NCBI GenBank assembly: GCA_951406725.2
Contig: OX597828.1
Coordinates: 62,124,001-62,188,000, forward strand
DNA from: Octopus vulgaris
Lineage: Eukaryota
Reading direction: 5' to 3'
DNA: 64,000 nt
Below, one piece after another: positions 13,265 to 26,619 of the stretch; position 1 is the stretch's first letter, and every line of letters begins with the position of its first letter. The notes beneath the pieces were generated by a model. That model saw nothing but the letters and a program-made list of their open reading frames with translations, had not been told where the DNA came from and ran no database searches. A program made the position numbers and the translations under genes.

Positions 13265-14067
13265 TGCATGCATGTATATATACACGCCTGCTAACATACA
13301 TACATACATACATACATACATACATACATACATACATACATACATACATACATACATACATACATACATACATACATACATACATACATACATACATACA
13401 TACATACATACATACATACATACATACATACATACATACATACATACATACATACATACATACATACATACATACATACATGCTTGCATGCTCGCATATA
13501 TACATATTTCTTCCGAGGTAAATGGTAAATTCCACCATCTCCGCCCCAAACAGTTTGGCAAACTTCCCAGAAACCCTCACACATCTACCTGGAATCGTTT
13601 AGTCTTCACCCATCATAATTTGTCAAAGACTTAACTGTAACTTTCTTGACAAATTGTGTCTCTGCAAACTGATTCATTCAAACGGTTTTCCATTCTTTAT
13701 GTCTAAGAATATGTCTTGTAATTATCAACGCCACTCTTTGAATCTTGCATCGCGTTGTACATCAAATGCAAGAAATGTTTCAACGCCATTTTCATAGCTG
13801 CTACATCAGGGCCCCATGACTTTTCCTAACGTCTCTTCTAACTTCCCTATTCGATCCCTCTCTAATCCATTATTTTCCGAAACTATGGACAATCAACATT
13901 GACTTAATACATTGTTTACGTATATTCCGAGGTAGATTTAGGCAACTCCTTGGTAGTTGTAATGATGGCGATACTTATAATGATGGGAAGGATGGTGCTG
14001 GTGGCGTTGGTAGTGGTAATTTCGTAGATGGAGGTGTTGGAGACGATTGCCGCTTCCGTATTTGTGG

Positions 14068-14769
14068 TCATGTGAAGGTGGCGGTGATGGTGATGTAAAT
14101 GATGATGATGATAGTGATGCTGGGATACTGTGCTGGAAGTGATAAGGGTGGTGGTGGTGGTGGTGGTGGTGGTGGTGGTAATGGTGGTGGTGGTGGTGGC
14201 GGTGGGTAGTTGTTCATGATATAAGTATCGATGGTGGTGGTAGTGTTGATGGGGCAGAAGGTGGTTGTTGTGGTGGTAGTGTGACAGTGTTTGGGCAGTG
14301 GATAACGACAGTGGCAATAACATAGGAAGTGGGGTTGGGGTGAGGTGGGGATGGGGGTAACCGTCGTCAACGTGGTGGTGGTGGTGGTGGTGGTGGTGGT
14401 CGGGTGATGACGGGTGTAACTGGGATGATGAGGGTGGAGATAGTGCGGCGGTAGAGCTGCGGTGTTTGTCATGGTATAGGAGGTAGTGGTATTGGATTTG
14501 TAGTGATTGCAGGTAGTGGTGGCGGTGGTGGTCAGGGTGGTGGTGGTGGTGGTGGTGGAGGTGGAGGTGATGTGGGGGGAGTAAAATGGGGGTGGGGTGG
14601 TTGTTGAGGAGAAAGAGGGAGAGGGTGAGGGGAGGAGGGAGTTTATCTGTTGCGTTGCCATTTCTTGTGTGGCAGACGAAACCGAAGCATGATAAATGGC
14701 TGCCGGTCTCAAGTTACCGGCTCTAATGTCGGTCACGTGACCTGCTACTCCTGCTGCTGCAGCTGTTAC
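14068..14769 (-). CDS. Candidate host exon, Thr/Pro/His low-complexity
   Basis: Acceptor tgtgtctcctAG|G at 14770/14769. Phase-0 frame VTAAAAGVAGHVTDIRAGNLRPAAIY... is open for 233 codons. An alternative frame stops after 15 codons. No domain recognised. Confidence 0.3.
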   Translation of the reverse strand, partial: VTAAAAGVAGHVTDIRAGNLRPAAIYHASVSSATQEMATQQINSLLPSPSPSFSSTTTPPPFYSPHITSTSTTTTTTTLTTTATTTCNHYKSNTTTSYTMTNTAALPPHYLHPHHPSYTRHHPTTTTTTTTTTLTTVTPIPTSPQPHFLCYCHCRYPLPKHCHTTTTTTTFCPINTTTTIDTYIMNNYPPPPPPPPLPPPPPPPPPPPLSLPAQYPSITIIIIIYITITATFT

Positions 14770-14843
14770 CTAGGAGACACACAGACAAGTATATACAAGA
14801 TGTATATGCATATGTGTGTGTATACACACATACACACACACAT

Positions 14844-14898
<55 letters not shown>

Positions 14899-15175
14899 CA
14901 CGTACATATACATACATATGCATACGCAAACACACACACATACATATATACATATATATATTTATTATACATATATACGTATGTAATATATGCATATGTA
15001 AGCATAAGTATATATTTGCATTATATAATACATACTTCTTTATATGTATATATATATACATATATGTGTGTGTGTGTGTGTGTGTGTATGTATACATGTA
15101 TGTATGTATGCATGCATATGTATATATACATGCTTTCGTTAATCTATAGACTTTTACATATATGTAGATATGCCA

Positions 15176-15208
<33 letters not shown>

Positions 15209-15311
15209 CATATGTGTATATTTATATATATATACATGTGTGTATATATAATATACGTATGTATGAATGTTTGTATATATGTACACATACATTTTTGCGT
15301 ATGTGTGTATG

Positions 15312-15361
<50 letters not shown>

Positions 15362-15997
15362 TACACACTCACACACCAATGTAGATAAATTTTCTTTGAA
15401 ACTAATTCCCCACCTCCCGCTCCTCCCACCACTTACCCCACCTTCCTCGCCTCCCCTTCCTCTACACCTTTGTTTGTCGAAGTATTCTGTTACTCCTAAT
15501 CCTTCCACCCGTCCACTTTATTCCCCCTCTTCATCCCCTTCCTCATCCCATTCCTCATCGCCCCTCCTACACCTTCTCAATTTACTCGTTTCTTCCTTCT
15601 TTATATTCTTTTTTTTCCCTCACTTCTCTCCCATCCGACCACAGCTATTCCAATCAACCCCCCCACACACACACACACACAAACACACAACACACATACA
15701 TACGCACCTCCCACCGCTACCATCATCATCATTATTATCATTATCAACATCTCAGCAAGTGACATTACGACCACCACAATCTCGCTCCTGTCACTATGAC
15801 AACCACTACTACCATTGCAATTAAAGTCAACATCACCACCGTCACCACCATCATCATCAACAACAACGCCACCATCATTATTTAATACCTATTACCAAAC
15901 TAGAGACACTATCAATGTATATCCAAACAACTTCAACATTTTCCAAGGTGTACAGCAAGGCTTTCTTCCGTCCCCGCCACTGTTTCATCTCTATATA

Positions 15998-16082
15998 CGA
16001 GGGTCAGCTGAAAAGTTCATAGGCTGGCCAAAAAATTCTCATCGAAGTTGAACAAATGAGGATTAATTTTCAGCGTAGTTAT

Positions 16083-16115
<33 letters not shown>

Positions 16116-17694
16116 CCCCACCCCGGCCCCTTGCAGTCCACACGCTTCTTCCATCGGTATTGCAGTGCTTGGTTCCCAATGGTGACGAAGCTTTCATCCT
16201 GTTGCTCAAAAAAGTCATTTACAGCAGATATGACGTCATCGCCATTGCCATACTGGTTCCCAGCCAAGTGTTTTTCATGTTAGTCAGAAGGGCCCAAATC
16301 AGCAGAAGAATAGGGTGGATGGGTGAACAACCAGTTCAAAGTCACAGACATGCACAGCAGCCATTGAAAGCAAGGTCTTGAGTGCTGGGGCATTGTCCTT
16401 ATGAAACAAAACCTCTTTCGTCAGTTTTCCTGGAGAACGTTTAGTCGAGATAGCTTTTCGTAACTGCCTCAGCAAGTTAGCATAGTACTCTCCATTGTTG
16501 GTGTAACTCTTTTGAAGATAGTCTCCCCCAAAACCGAGGCCATCACCTTTCTTGCAGAGGAAACGACCTCGGCCTTCTTTGGAGTAGGTGAGAAGGGGAT
16601 GTTTCCACTCCATGGATTGTCTCTTTGTCTCTGGCTCAAAGTGATGAACCCAACATTCATCTTGGCTTAGGAACCGTTCAAGGAAACCACCTGGGTCTAC
16701 CTCAAACAATGTCAGATTTTCCCGTGATGTGATCAGCCTGGTCCACGCACCGAACAGAAATCTTCATCATACCAAGTTCATTGTGCAGAATATTTCCAAC
16801 TCAATCGGGATATGCAAATAGCATTGGCAATTTGATTTATTGTCAATCGCTTGTCATCCATCACCATGTGATCAACACGATCAAGGTTTTCCTTGCTGCT
16901 GCAAGTTGCAGGACGTCCAGACTCTTGGTCCTCTTCAAGACTCTCCCTTTCTCTCCTAACTTCAGTTGCCCACTTCTGCACTGTTTATAAAACTGGAGCG
17001 TCCACTCCCTAATGTAGCAATCATGTCAGCATGAATGTCCTTGGTGGAGTTAAACAAATTTTCTGCAGCTACTTGAATAATACAATGATTGCCAAATTTT
17101 GTAGATTACCAAGAGAAACCACTTCTAGTTACTTTTGAAATCTTCTCTCGACACTCAGATGTTTACCTGGAAATAAAGAATGCAGTTATTAATCATGCAA
17201 CTCTATGCAAAAGGGCCGAAATTTTTTTCGAGGTGGGGGAGGCAGTCGATTACATCGACCCCAGTACGTAATTGGTACTTAATTTATCGATCCCGACAGG
17301 ATGAAAGGCGAAGTCTACCTCGGTGGAATTTCAACTCAGAACGTAAAAACAGACGAAATACCTATTACTACCCACAAGGGGCTAAACACAGAGAGTACAA
17401 ACATGGACAGACAAACGGATTAAGTCGATTATGTCGACCCCAATGCGTAACTGGTACTTATTTAATCGACCCCGAAAGGATGAAAGGCAAAGTCGACCTC
17501 GGCGGAATTTGAACTCAGAACGTAGCGGCAGACGAAATACCGCTAAATATTTCGCCCGGCGTGCAAGCGTTTCTGCCAGCTCGCTGCCTTAATGCAGTTC
17601 TTATGAAGAAGGGTTGGAATTAAGTCATGCAAGATGTCATAGCTCTAGCATCACTTCTTTATAGACAGCTCATGAACTTTTCAGCCCAGCCTCG
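15998..17694 (-). mobile_element. Mariner DNA transposon, decayed
   Basis: TIRs cgagggtcagctgaaaagttcat / atgaacttttcagcccagcctcg, flanked by TA. Transposase remnants SGRPAT, DECWVHHFEPETKRQSMEWK, FHKDNAPA. SINE A insertions at 17205-17590. Confidence 0.9.
17205..17590 (-). mobile_element. Two tandem SINE A copies inside the mariner
   Basis: Two gtcgacctcggcggaatttgaactcagaacgt-type cores and the head ctgccagctcgctgcctt. Confidence 0.85.
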
Positions 17695-17940
17695 TATCAA
17701 ACTCAAGCAAAGAATTTCTTTTGAAATCCTGCCATTTAAAGATAAAAATGTAACATCCATAGGTATATCTATCGATGTATCTTTCAATGCATAAATTTAA
17801 GAGATCTTCATGACATCATTTCATTATGTTAAAAATTTCGATGGTGTCTGCGATTTGAACACAGATATGTAGAATATGAACCTTCTCCTTCTCTTTCTCA
17901 CTCTCTCTCTCTCCCTATCTATCTCTTCCTATCTCTGTCA

Positions 17941-18011
<71 letters not shown>

Positions 18012-18723
18012 TCTCTGTATTTTTTCACTTATTCCACTATTTCTGTTCGTGTATTTGTCTCCCCTCCCTCCTCTGCTCTCTCAGTTTATCTTTCTCCATT
18101 CGGGTTATTACCTCCCTTGGTGTAACACACGGACAAAATAGGAAGACAACAGGAAAGAGCTTGATAATATAATAAATAACAGACGGACACCCGAGTTACG
18201 CGAAGTTAAAGGCCCGCGATTTTCAGCTGAAGGTCTTTTCACGCAGATTTTAAAATATCTCATTCAAGTTTCTTCATTTGCTTAGAACTATATCGCTTTC
18301 CATGTTTTAAAGATTCCTTACTTCCTGGTCCTTCATGAAGTGGCGCTACTCAACCTCTTTCATTGCTTCATTTCACTTAACTCCCTCATAATTCTTCATC
18401 TCCATCTCTTTCATCGTCATCGTTTTCTTCATCTTCACTTTCATTGCTTTGTTTTGCTTTTCTTTTTATCGGAATTTACAATCATTTTTCCTTTGTTTTA
18501 TCTTTCATTTGTTTCAGTTATTGGACTGCGGCCATACTGGGGCACAAAACTTGAACGGTTTAGTCGAAAAAAAAGTCGACCCTAATACTTATGCAAGGAT
18601 TTTAAGCCTGACACTTATTTTTATCAGTCCTTTTGCTGAACTGCAAGTTATAGAGACGTAAACAAACCAATATCGGTTGTTAAGCGGTGGCGGGAGACAA
18701 ACAGAAACACAAAGACATACACA

Positions 18724-18790
<67 letters not shown>

Positions 18791-18809
18791 CATATATATA
18801 TATATATAC

Positions 18810-18868
<59 letters not shown>

Positions 18869-18888
18869 AATATATATATATATATATA

Positions 18889-18930
<42 letters not shown>

Positions 18931-18933
<3 letters not shown>

Positions 18934-20532
18934 TTGCGGCCAAAATGTTCAGAACGGCATTGTTTTCGTCAGAAAAGTATGTGGTTTTATCAAAGTTGTT
19001 TTATATTCTATAATTTTCACAGACAATAAATACAATATTAATTGTTATTGTCTGAGATTTTGGTATAATTTGAAAGGAGAATACAAAAGTTATTGATGAC
19101 TTAGTGATTTACTGCAAAACCCATGGCGGCCAAAATGATCAGAACGGTTGAAAAAATAACAAAATAATCAAAAATGACAGAGAATACTGGAATTATTTAA
19201 TATTTACTGTGAAGCCCTTTAGCTTCAATCACACTCTGACATCTTCGACTGCATGAGGAAATTAAATTTTCAATTTCTTGCTGGGTGATCTTATTCCATT
19301 CTTCCTGAAGGGCATTCTATAATTGCTCAGTTGTTTTAGGACTTCTGGCTTTCGAACGTTCTCCTAGAATATTCCATACATTTTCAATAGGATTGAGATC
19401 TGGGCTCTGAGCTGGCCAATCCATAACAATAACCTTTTCAGCCTTGAGGAAGTTCATGACCACCTTAGCCTTGTGACATGGGGCATTGTCCTGCATGAAT
19501 ATGGGTGGTCGCTTAGTTGAATTTCTCAGCACAGGCAAGACATGATCTTTTACAAGTTGTTTATAAACTCCTGCATTTACCTTTCCATGTAATCGCACCA
19601 AAGGGCCCACACCATCTCCAGATATCATCCCCCAAACCATGACACTTCCTCCACCGAATTTAACACTAGTCTTAAGGCATTTAGGCGACAATTTTTCACC
19701 TACTTTTCTACGAACGTACCTTTTCCCATCTGAGCCAAATAACATAAACTTAGATTCATCACTGAAATGCACCGTTTGCCATTTTTCTTGAGACCACAAC
19801 ACATGTTCGGTTGCAAAGGTAAGACGACACTTTTTATTCCTGGAGCTGATCAGTGGCTTCACTGCAGGTGCTCTTGCTTGTAGGTCATGTTCAACTAAAC
19901 GACGAGACACAGTTTTTCGAGATAAAGTTTTCTTCAATACAATGCTCATTTTCCGAGAAACAGCAGCATCAGTTTTAAATCTCTCCTTTTTAACCAACTT
20001 TACCATAGCACGATCTTCTTTTTTGGTCGTTTTTCTTGGCCTACCTGTAAACTTTCTTGCTTCACACGAACCACAATCATCGTAGACCTTAAGAATACCG
20101 TGTACAACACTTTTTGACTTGTTAACAATCTTTGCAATGATCCAATACTTAAATTATCCTTCCTTCGAAGCTTACGAATTCTGCTGACGAATTGGTAACG
20201 GAGTAAGTGGCAAATATTCTTACTAATGTTTAGTAAACGAACCGTCACGTAAACAAATTCAAAACATTAGAGTTCGCCGGTTAAATATACTAAAACACGG
20301 AGTAAAAGCAACCGTTCTGATCATTTTGGCCGCCATGGGTTTTGCAGTAAATCACTAAATCATCCATAACATTTGTATTATCCTCTCAAATTACACCAAA
20401 ATCTCAGGCAATAACAAATAATATTGTATTTATTGCCTGTGAAAATTATAGAATATAAAACAACTTTGATAAAAAATTATAGCTACTTTTCTGACAAAAA
20501 CAATGCCGTTCTGAACATTTTGGCCGCCATTG
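18931..20532 (-). mobile_element. Full-length Tc1 transposon with ~220-bp IR/DR terminal repeats
   Basis: TIRs 18931-19150 and 20309-20532, each with two copies of gcggccaaaatg(t/a)tcagaacgg. Inserted in (TA)n. Confidence 0.95.
19197..20230 (-). pseudogene. Tc1 DD34E transposase pseudogene
   Basis: Motifs GRPR, FSDESKF, GGGSVMVWG, QDNAPCH and WPAQSPDLNPIENVW. Premature TAG at 19317 (reading continues NALQEEW...) and a frameshift near 20150. Confidence 0.93.
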
Positions 20533-20547
20533 TATATATATACTTAT

Positions 20548-20587
<40 letters not shown>

Positions 20588-20719
20588 ACATATACAGTTT
20601 CCGTCCGTCATATTCACTGACAAAAACATTGGTCGACTCGTCACTGAAGTGGAAGAGAGCCTTGAACCCGAAACCCTGTTGATTGCAACGCGAGTTTCTT
20701 AACCACATAACCATTCCTG

Positions 20720-21205
20720 CGTCGATAAGATCTCTACAATGTCTATCGATCTCTATCAATAACTGTAATCGGTTGAGTGATACAAACATCAAGGGTTTCC
20801 TTCTCCACCCATTCCATCCTAATCTCCCCATCATAATCTCTCCATTACCCATATTCCTCGCATCCAGATTCCTCAACGCATTCCACATTTTCGTGCTAGT
20901 TGAAAGGTTGGTGAATGTGACGAGGAATGGTCCAACTCTGAACATACGTTTGTAAGCCGGAGGAGTTGAGAAGAAGAAGGGCAACGACTGAGGCAACGAC
21001 TTGCGGTTGGGGTGGCCAGGATGTGCAGGGTTCCTCGGTTGTCCCTGGGTGGATTCCCTTTTCGGGGAATTTGATTGTTGATTTTGTTGCTTGTTCTTGT
21101 TTCAATTTTATACACTAAGTTTTGTGCTAAGCCCCACTTCTCCCTTGTGTAGTATTCTCTATTTTTGCTTTGAGTTAGGCCCTTGTAGCCAATAAAGAAA
21201 ACATT
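20720..21205 (+). mobile_element. L1/Tx1-like 3' end fragment
   Basis: ORF ends ...VERLVNVTRNGPTLNIRL*, followed by tail ggcccttgtagccaataaagaaa. Confidence 0.4.
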
Positions 21206-21229
21206 ATCATTACTGTTATTATTTTCTCT

Positions 21230-22190
21230 TTATCACAAATTTTATTGGAGCTCCTGGTCTCTTGCAAGCATAGTAGGCTTACTACCTGCAGCCTACGATA
21301 TCATGCTATCCATTCTTTTCAGCCGTCTAATATTTTCCTGATTATTCTGACCGTGCAAAGGAGGCAAATCTTTTGTAACAGTTCTACTGCGCACTCTATT
21401 CCAATCTCCTCTATATTTCTCTTGATGCCTTCCGATACTCTTCCCAAGAACCCAACAATATTTGGCACTATCTTCACCTTCTTCATTTTCCATAGCCGGG
21501 TTATTTCGTACTTAAGTGGGTTGTATCTATCTATCTTTTTGCCTTCCTTCTTGACTATTCGTGGATCAAAGGGGCATGCAACGTCAACTATATAGCGTAC
21601 GTGGTGCACCTTGTCCACTAACACTAGGTCCAATCTGTTATGCTCTAGCACTTGATCTGTTTGGATTTGGAAATCCCAGAGGATTTTGCTAGTCTCTGAC
21701 TCCGCCACTCTCTGTGGTTTGTGCTCACACCATGTCTTGTCTCTCTTTAGTCCCCCCCCTTACACACACACACTCTTCGCACAGTTTCGAATGTAGATCT
21801 TTCGTTACCTGATCGTGTCGCCACAACTTGTAGTGATTTGGGCAAGTCTAGGGCATTCGTTCGTGATATGTGCAATGGTTTTATCCACAGTATTACAGCT
21901 GCAACACAGCGGAGACATTTGCTCATTCTTCAGGTTGACCCACCAGTTAGTGGGCAGAGCTTGGTTCTGCCCAGCCAGTATAGTGGTCTCGGTTTCTTTT
22001 TTTAGGGTTCCTTTCATCAGCCAATCTCATCAATTTTTTCTCTGCAAATTCTGTTGATTGATTGTGCGTAATCCTTGCGTAATTCTTCTTCATGTTCTTT
22101 TTGTACTTCTTCCTTTGTTTTTCCTTTTTCCTCTGCCCTCAATACTCCCTCGTTCCTAACTGTCACTGACAAGGCTTCCTTACTTTAGGT
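21230..22190 (-). mobile_element. R4/Dong-type RLE LINE 3' fragment (family 2)
   Basis: LKKETETTILAGQNQAL, CCSC...HITNEC, KILWDFQIQTD...NRLDLV...VDVACPFD...KIDRYNPL. Confidence 0.85.
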
Positions 22191-22214
22191 TAGCTATTAC
22201 TTTTATCATTATTA

Positions 22215-22790
22215 TTATTATTCATGAAAAATCTCAGCTTTATTTTGCTGGGTAAGATGGAAAGTGTCAGCTGTCCACAGCCAGCAGACTAAGGTGACAC
22301 TTGTTTACTGACCATGCTTCAAGAACCCAGCGGAGAACTCTTGCAGTTCCAAGCAATGATAATTTTTCTAAGTGTTCAATCTTTACATTTGTACCAATCT
22401 TTTTCAGCCATGTTGGTAGTTCCAAGTGCTGATACTTCCAAGTGCACCAATCACCGTTGCTATCTCGTCCACTCTCTTCGTTGCCCACAACCTCCGTATT
22501 TCCCTCTTGAATTCATCATAGTTGTTCAGTTTTTCTTCTTTCTCTTTGATCCTGTTATCACCAGGACATGCTATGTCGAGTATTAATCCTGTTTTCCTTT
22601 TTTGCTCACCACAACAATGTCAAGTTCCCGATATCTAATCTGAAGGCCACACTGAATCAATGCATCCCACAGGATTTTGCCATCTTCATTGTCAGTAACT
22701 CCCTCTGAATTTGGTCAAACCACGTCTTTGATCTTTCTAGGCCATAATTTTCACAAAGCTCCCAGTGGATCATTCTTGCCACATTATAAT
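22215..22790 (-). mobile_element. R4/Dong-type RLE LINE 3' fragment (family 3), degraded
   Basis: HYNVARMIHWELC, KILWD, and the C-terminal LEKLSLLGTARVLR motif. Confidence 0.75.
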
Positions 22791-22820
22791 GTGTTGTCGT
22801 TATTATTATTATTATTATTA

Positions 22821-23851
22821 TTCTATGTTTGACTTTTGCTTTACATTTGTACAAGTTGGCTCCAAATCTCACCCAGAGACCTCAAGAGACAACAAAATGG
22901 AAGTTCATGCTGGTGTTATGCCTAGGGTGCCATATATTTGGCTTTGTACTTAGTGCTGTACTAGTGAATGCCTAAAAAACCATACAAAAATTATGTTTGT
23001 TTTAAACCCTGAGATTACATAGAAAGTATTTTGCGTTGGATATGAGCAGTTCCCATGAGCACTATCTTTTGATTTTCTGCCATTTTGGGGTTTCCTGGTA
23101 TCTGAATTAGGTAGCAATCAGCCCCTTTTGCTGTCATTCCCAGGGCACCTATGACAACAGGTATTGTTTTAGTCTTCAGGTTCCACATTTTGCTGATATC
23201 TATTTCCAGATCTTTATACTTGCTCAGATTTTGGTAGGTCTTGACAGATACGTTTATATCGATTGGGACAGTCATATCAATGAGGAGGCATCTTCTTTCT
23301 CTGAAGTCTTTTACTATGATGTCTGGCCTATTCGTGTCTATCTTTCTGTCAGTTTGAATGGTGAAGTTCCAGAGGAGTGAGATGTGGTCATTTTCAAGCA
23401 CTGGAGGTGGTTTGTGTTCCCACCAGTTTTTATCATGGGGCAAGTCCAGGCTTTTGCAAATTACCCAGTGAATATATTGTGCAGCTCTATCACGCCTGTT
23501 GAGATACTCTGTAGGCGCTAGAAGACTGCACTTGGAGACAACATGATCAATGGTTTCATTCTGTTGTTGACATACACGACATGTTATGCTACTGTTGTTC
23601 TTTAATATGTTGGCCTGGTAGTTCCTTGTAGGTAGGCATTGATCTTGAGCTGCTATGATAAACCCTTCTGTTTCAGATTTTAAGCCAGAGGCCATTAGCC
23701 ATTGATGGGTCAGGGCTTTGTCAACATCTGCATTATTCGCTCTCTTTGGGTATTTGCTATTGAGAGGTTTTTCTTACCATTTATCATTCAGAATATCTAA
23801 GGCAGCAGTTTTAGCACGGGTTTTCATGCGCTTAGCTTTTTCTGTGCTTGT

Positions 23852-23852
<1 letters not shown>
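22821..23852 (-). mobile_element. R4/Dong-type RLE LINE 3' end (family 1)
   Basis: LKSETEGFIIAAQDQ, CRVC..ETIDHVVSKC, NRPDII..LIDMTVP..KYKDL. Highly similar to 35130-36108 and ends in (AAT)n. Confidence 0.93.
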
Positions 23853-23897
<45 letters not shown>

Positions 23898-24002
23898 CCA
23901 TCACCATCACCATCACCACCATCACCATCACCATCACCATCAGCACCACCATCATCATCATCATCACCATCATCATCATCACCATCGCCATCATCATCAT
24001 CC

Positions 24003-24047
<45 letters not shown>

Positions 24048-24064
24048 CCATCACCATCACCATC

Positions 24065-24096
<32 letters not shown>

Positions 24097-24108
24097 CATC
24101 ACCATCAC

Positions 24109-24156
<48 letters not shown>

Positions 24157-24195
24157 TATTATTATTATTATTATTATTATCATTATTATTATTAT
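23853..24195. repeat. (CAT/CAC)n then (TAT)n trinucleotide microsatellite
   Basis: Read directly. Source of the poly-H/M/D/S ORFs. Confidence 0.95.
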
Positions 24196-24420
24196 TTGGC
24201 AAGCAGGCAGAATTGTTAATATGTTGGGCAAAACGCTTAGCAGCATTTTGTCCGTGTTCACATTGTGAGTTCAAATTCAGGTGTGGTCGACCTTATCATT
24301 CAACCTTTCGGGGGTTCGATAAAATAAGTACCAGATGAATACTTGGGTCAATGTAATCGACTTAACCCCTTCCCCCACCCTCCCAGATTGCTGACCTTGT
24401 GCCAAAATTTGAAACTAGTA
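24196..24420 (+). mobile_element. SINE A copy
   Basis: ggcagaattgttaa...gagttcaaattc...gtcgacctt...ttcgggggttcgataaaataagtaccag. Confidence 0.75.
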
Positions 24421-24510
24421 TTATGGTTATCATTATTATTATTATTTTATTATTATTATCATTATTATTATTATTATTATTATTAGTAGTAGTAGTAGTA
24501 GTAGTAGTAA

Positions 24511-24560
<50 letters not shown>

Positions 24561-25169
24561 ACAACGTCTTCCTTCGCTCTACGAAAACTTATGTCGGCCA
24601 TTCTTTAGCATTGATATTCTTCCATTATTCCAGACACTAACAACGAGTCATAGCATATCTTTCATGATGGATTCTTCAATACATATCCTTACAAGTTTGC
24701 CATCATCACTTACCTTTGACCTCTCACATATTTCATGAAAAGTGAACGAGATTTCGCTTTCCCAAAACGCGGTATTCCTTGGTCTCGATGCTGAAATATC
24801 GATCGATGTATTTCGGCGGTAAATATGTTCTGGAAAACACTAGCCTAGCTAGAGTGTTTGCCGCTTGGGCTGGCCCTTCAGTTTGCCGCCACCGGCCCCC
24901 CACAAAACGTACATGTTGTCTACAGCCACCCTCATAAAGGTGCTGCCCTCTCCACCCCACTCTAGCTATACTAACGCTGAAGATTTCGATCTTACACAGG
25001 GATTCTCTTCCGAGATGAACGGAACAGTTTCTCAGAATAAGGAGCATTTTCCAGTTTGTGGGGCAGGCATACAGATGTCTCTCTCTCCAATTTCTTCTCC
25101 TCGGTTTCTAAGTTCGAATCCTAAACCAGAGTTAAATTTTATTGTCTATGCCACGCCCCCCACCCCATG

Positions 25170-25400
25170 ACCACCACCACAAGTTGATACTGGTAAGTCT
25201 ATTTGGTTATACGACCGTTACAAGAAATAGCAGCTCAGTTTCTCTCAAATCACCTTTTACTATTTTTAAAAAGTGATTGTGGTACATAGGATAAAACAGC
25301 CATAGAGAAACGGTCTAAATAAGAGACAGTTATAGACAGTCATAGTTGGAACGCTTTTCGTTATGGGTCTGCTCACTGACACCTGACCTGCAACTGAACA
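25170..25400 (+). repeat. Dispersed repeat family D (SINE-like), degraded
   Basis: Motif agaaatagcagc...tctctcaaatcac recurs near 54225 and 54600. Related pieces lie at 8285-8470 and 33040-33190. Confidence 0.5.
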
Positions 25401-25487
25401 ATCACAACAGCAACAAGTATCACTCATGTACTGGGATGAAAAGGATCAATAAAAGCTTCTATGAGATGCACCCAACGCCGTAGACAA

Positions 25488-25535
<48 letters not shown>

Positions 25536-25726
25536 CTTTACTGAACTTGTGGCCTTGTGCCAAGCCGAATTCTTCGTGATAAGTAAGCAGAGTTATTCAC
25601 CTTTGGTTTATGCTAGGTAGAGGGCGCGCGAGTCGTCAGTGCTGCTGGTATAACTGTATATGGCGGCCGTAAAGTTGTACTAACAAGTTGCTGGAGATAT
25701 CTCTCTTATTGTGTGTCAGTCAGAGA

Positions 25727-25758
<32 letters not shown>

Positions 25759-26310
25759 CTATGTGTATGCGCATGTAAGAGAAAAACAGTGTGTATGTGT
25801 GTGAAAGAGAGAGAGATTGTATATGTGTATTTAACAGAGAAAAAGTGTATTTGTGTATATGTCTGCATGCGTGTATGTGTGTGTGAGAGAGAGAGAGAAA
25901 GAGAGTGTGTGTGTCAGAAGTAGAAAAAGAGTGAGAGTGCATGCATGTGTGTTTGTGTACGTATGTGTGTATAAAAGAAACAGTGTATGCGTGTATGTGT
26001 GTGTGTGTGTGTGAATGTGATAGACAGACAGACAGACAAATAGATAGAGACACACAGAGGGAGAGTAAGAGAGAATGAGTGAAGGAGAAAGAAAGAAAAA
26101 GGGAGAGAGAAGTGGTGAAATAAAGAGAGAGGGAGAGTGGGGGAGAGAGAGTCTGCTGGTGTGATATAAAATATAGAATTTCACCAAACTATTCCAGATA
26201 TTCCATGTTCTTGTTTTGAAATTCAAGAAACCAATATCTTTTTTCTTTTATTCGCTTTTATTGTCTTCATACAGTTTTATCTTCTTTGCATTTTCGCACC
26301 ATTTCCTCAT

Positions 26311-26356
<46 letters not shown>

Positions 26357-26619
26357 CATTATTATTATTATTATTATTATCGTTATTAATATTATTTGTT
26401 CACACGTGTTTACGTCGCTCCGAAATGTTGGTCAATTCTTGCTTGAAAAAATTGTATAGTGTTGAAGATTTTTTTTGTCCAATAGTTAATTAAGGCCACA
26501 ATTATAATTGTATTTTTCACCTTCGTCTAATTTATGTCGTTCTAAATTATGGTGGCATTAATGGCCACAAACTGCTTCAATGAGAAGCGGTCAGCGGGCG
26601 TCGCGTTGCTACGAGCTTC

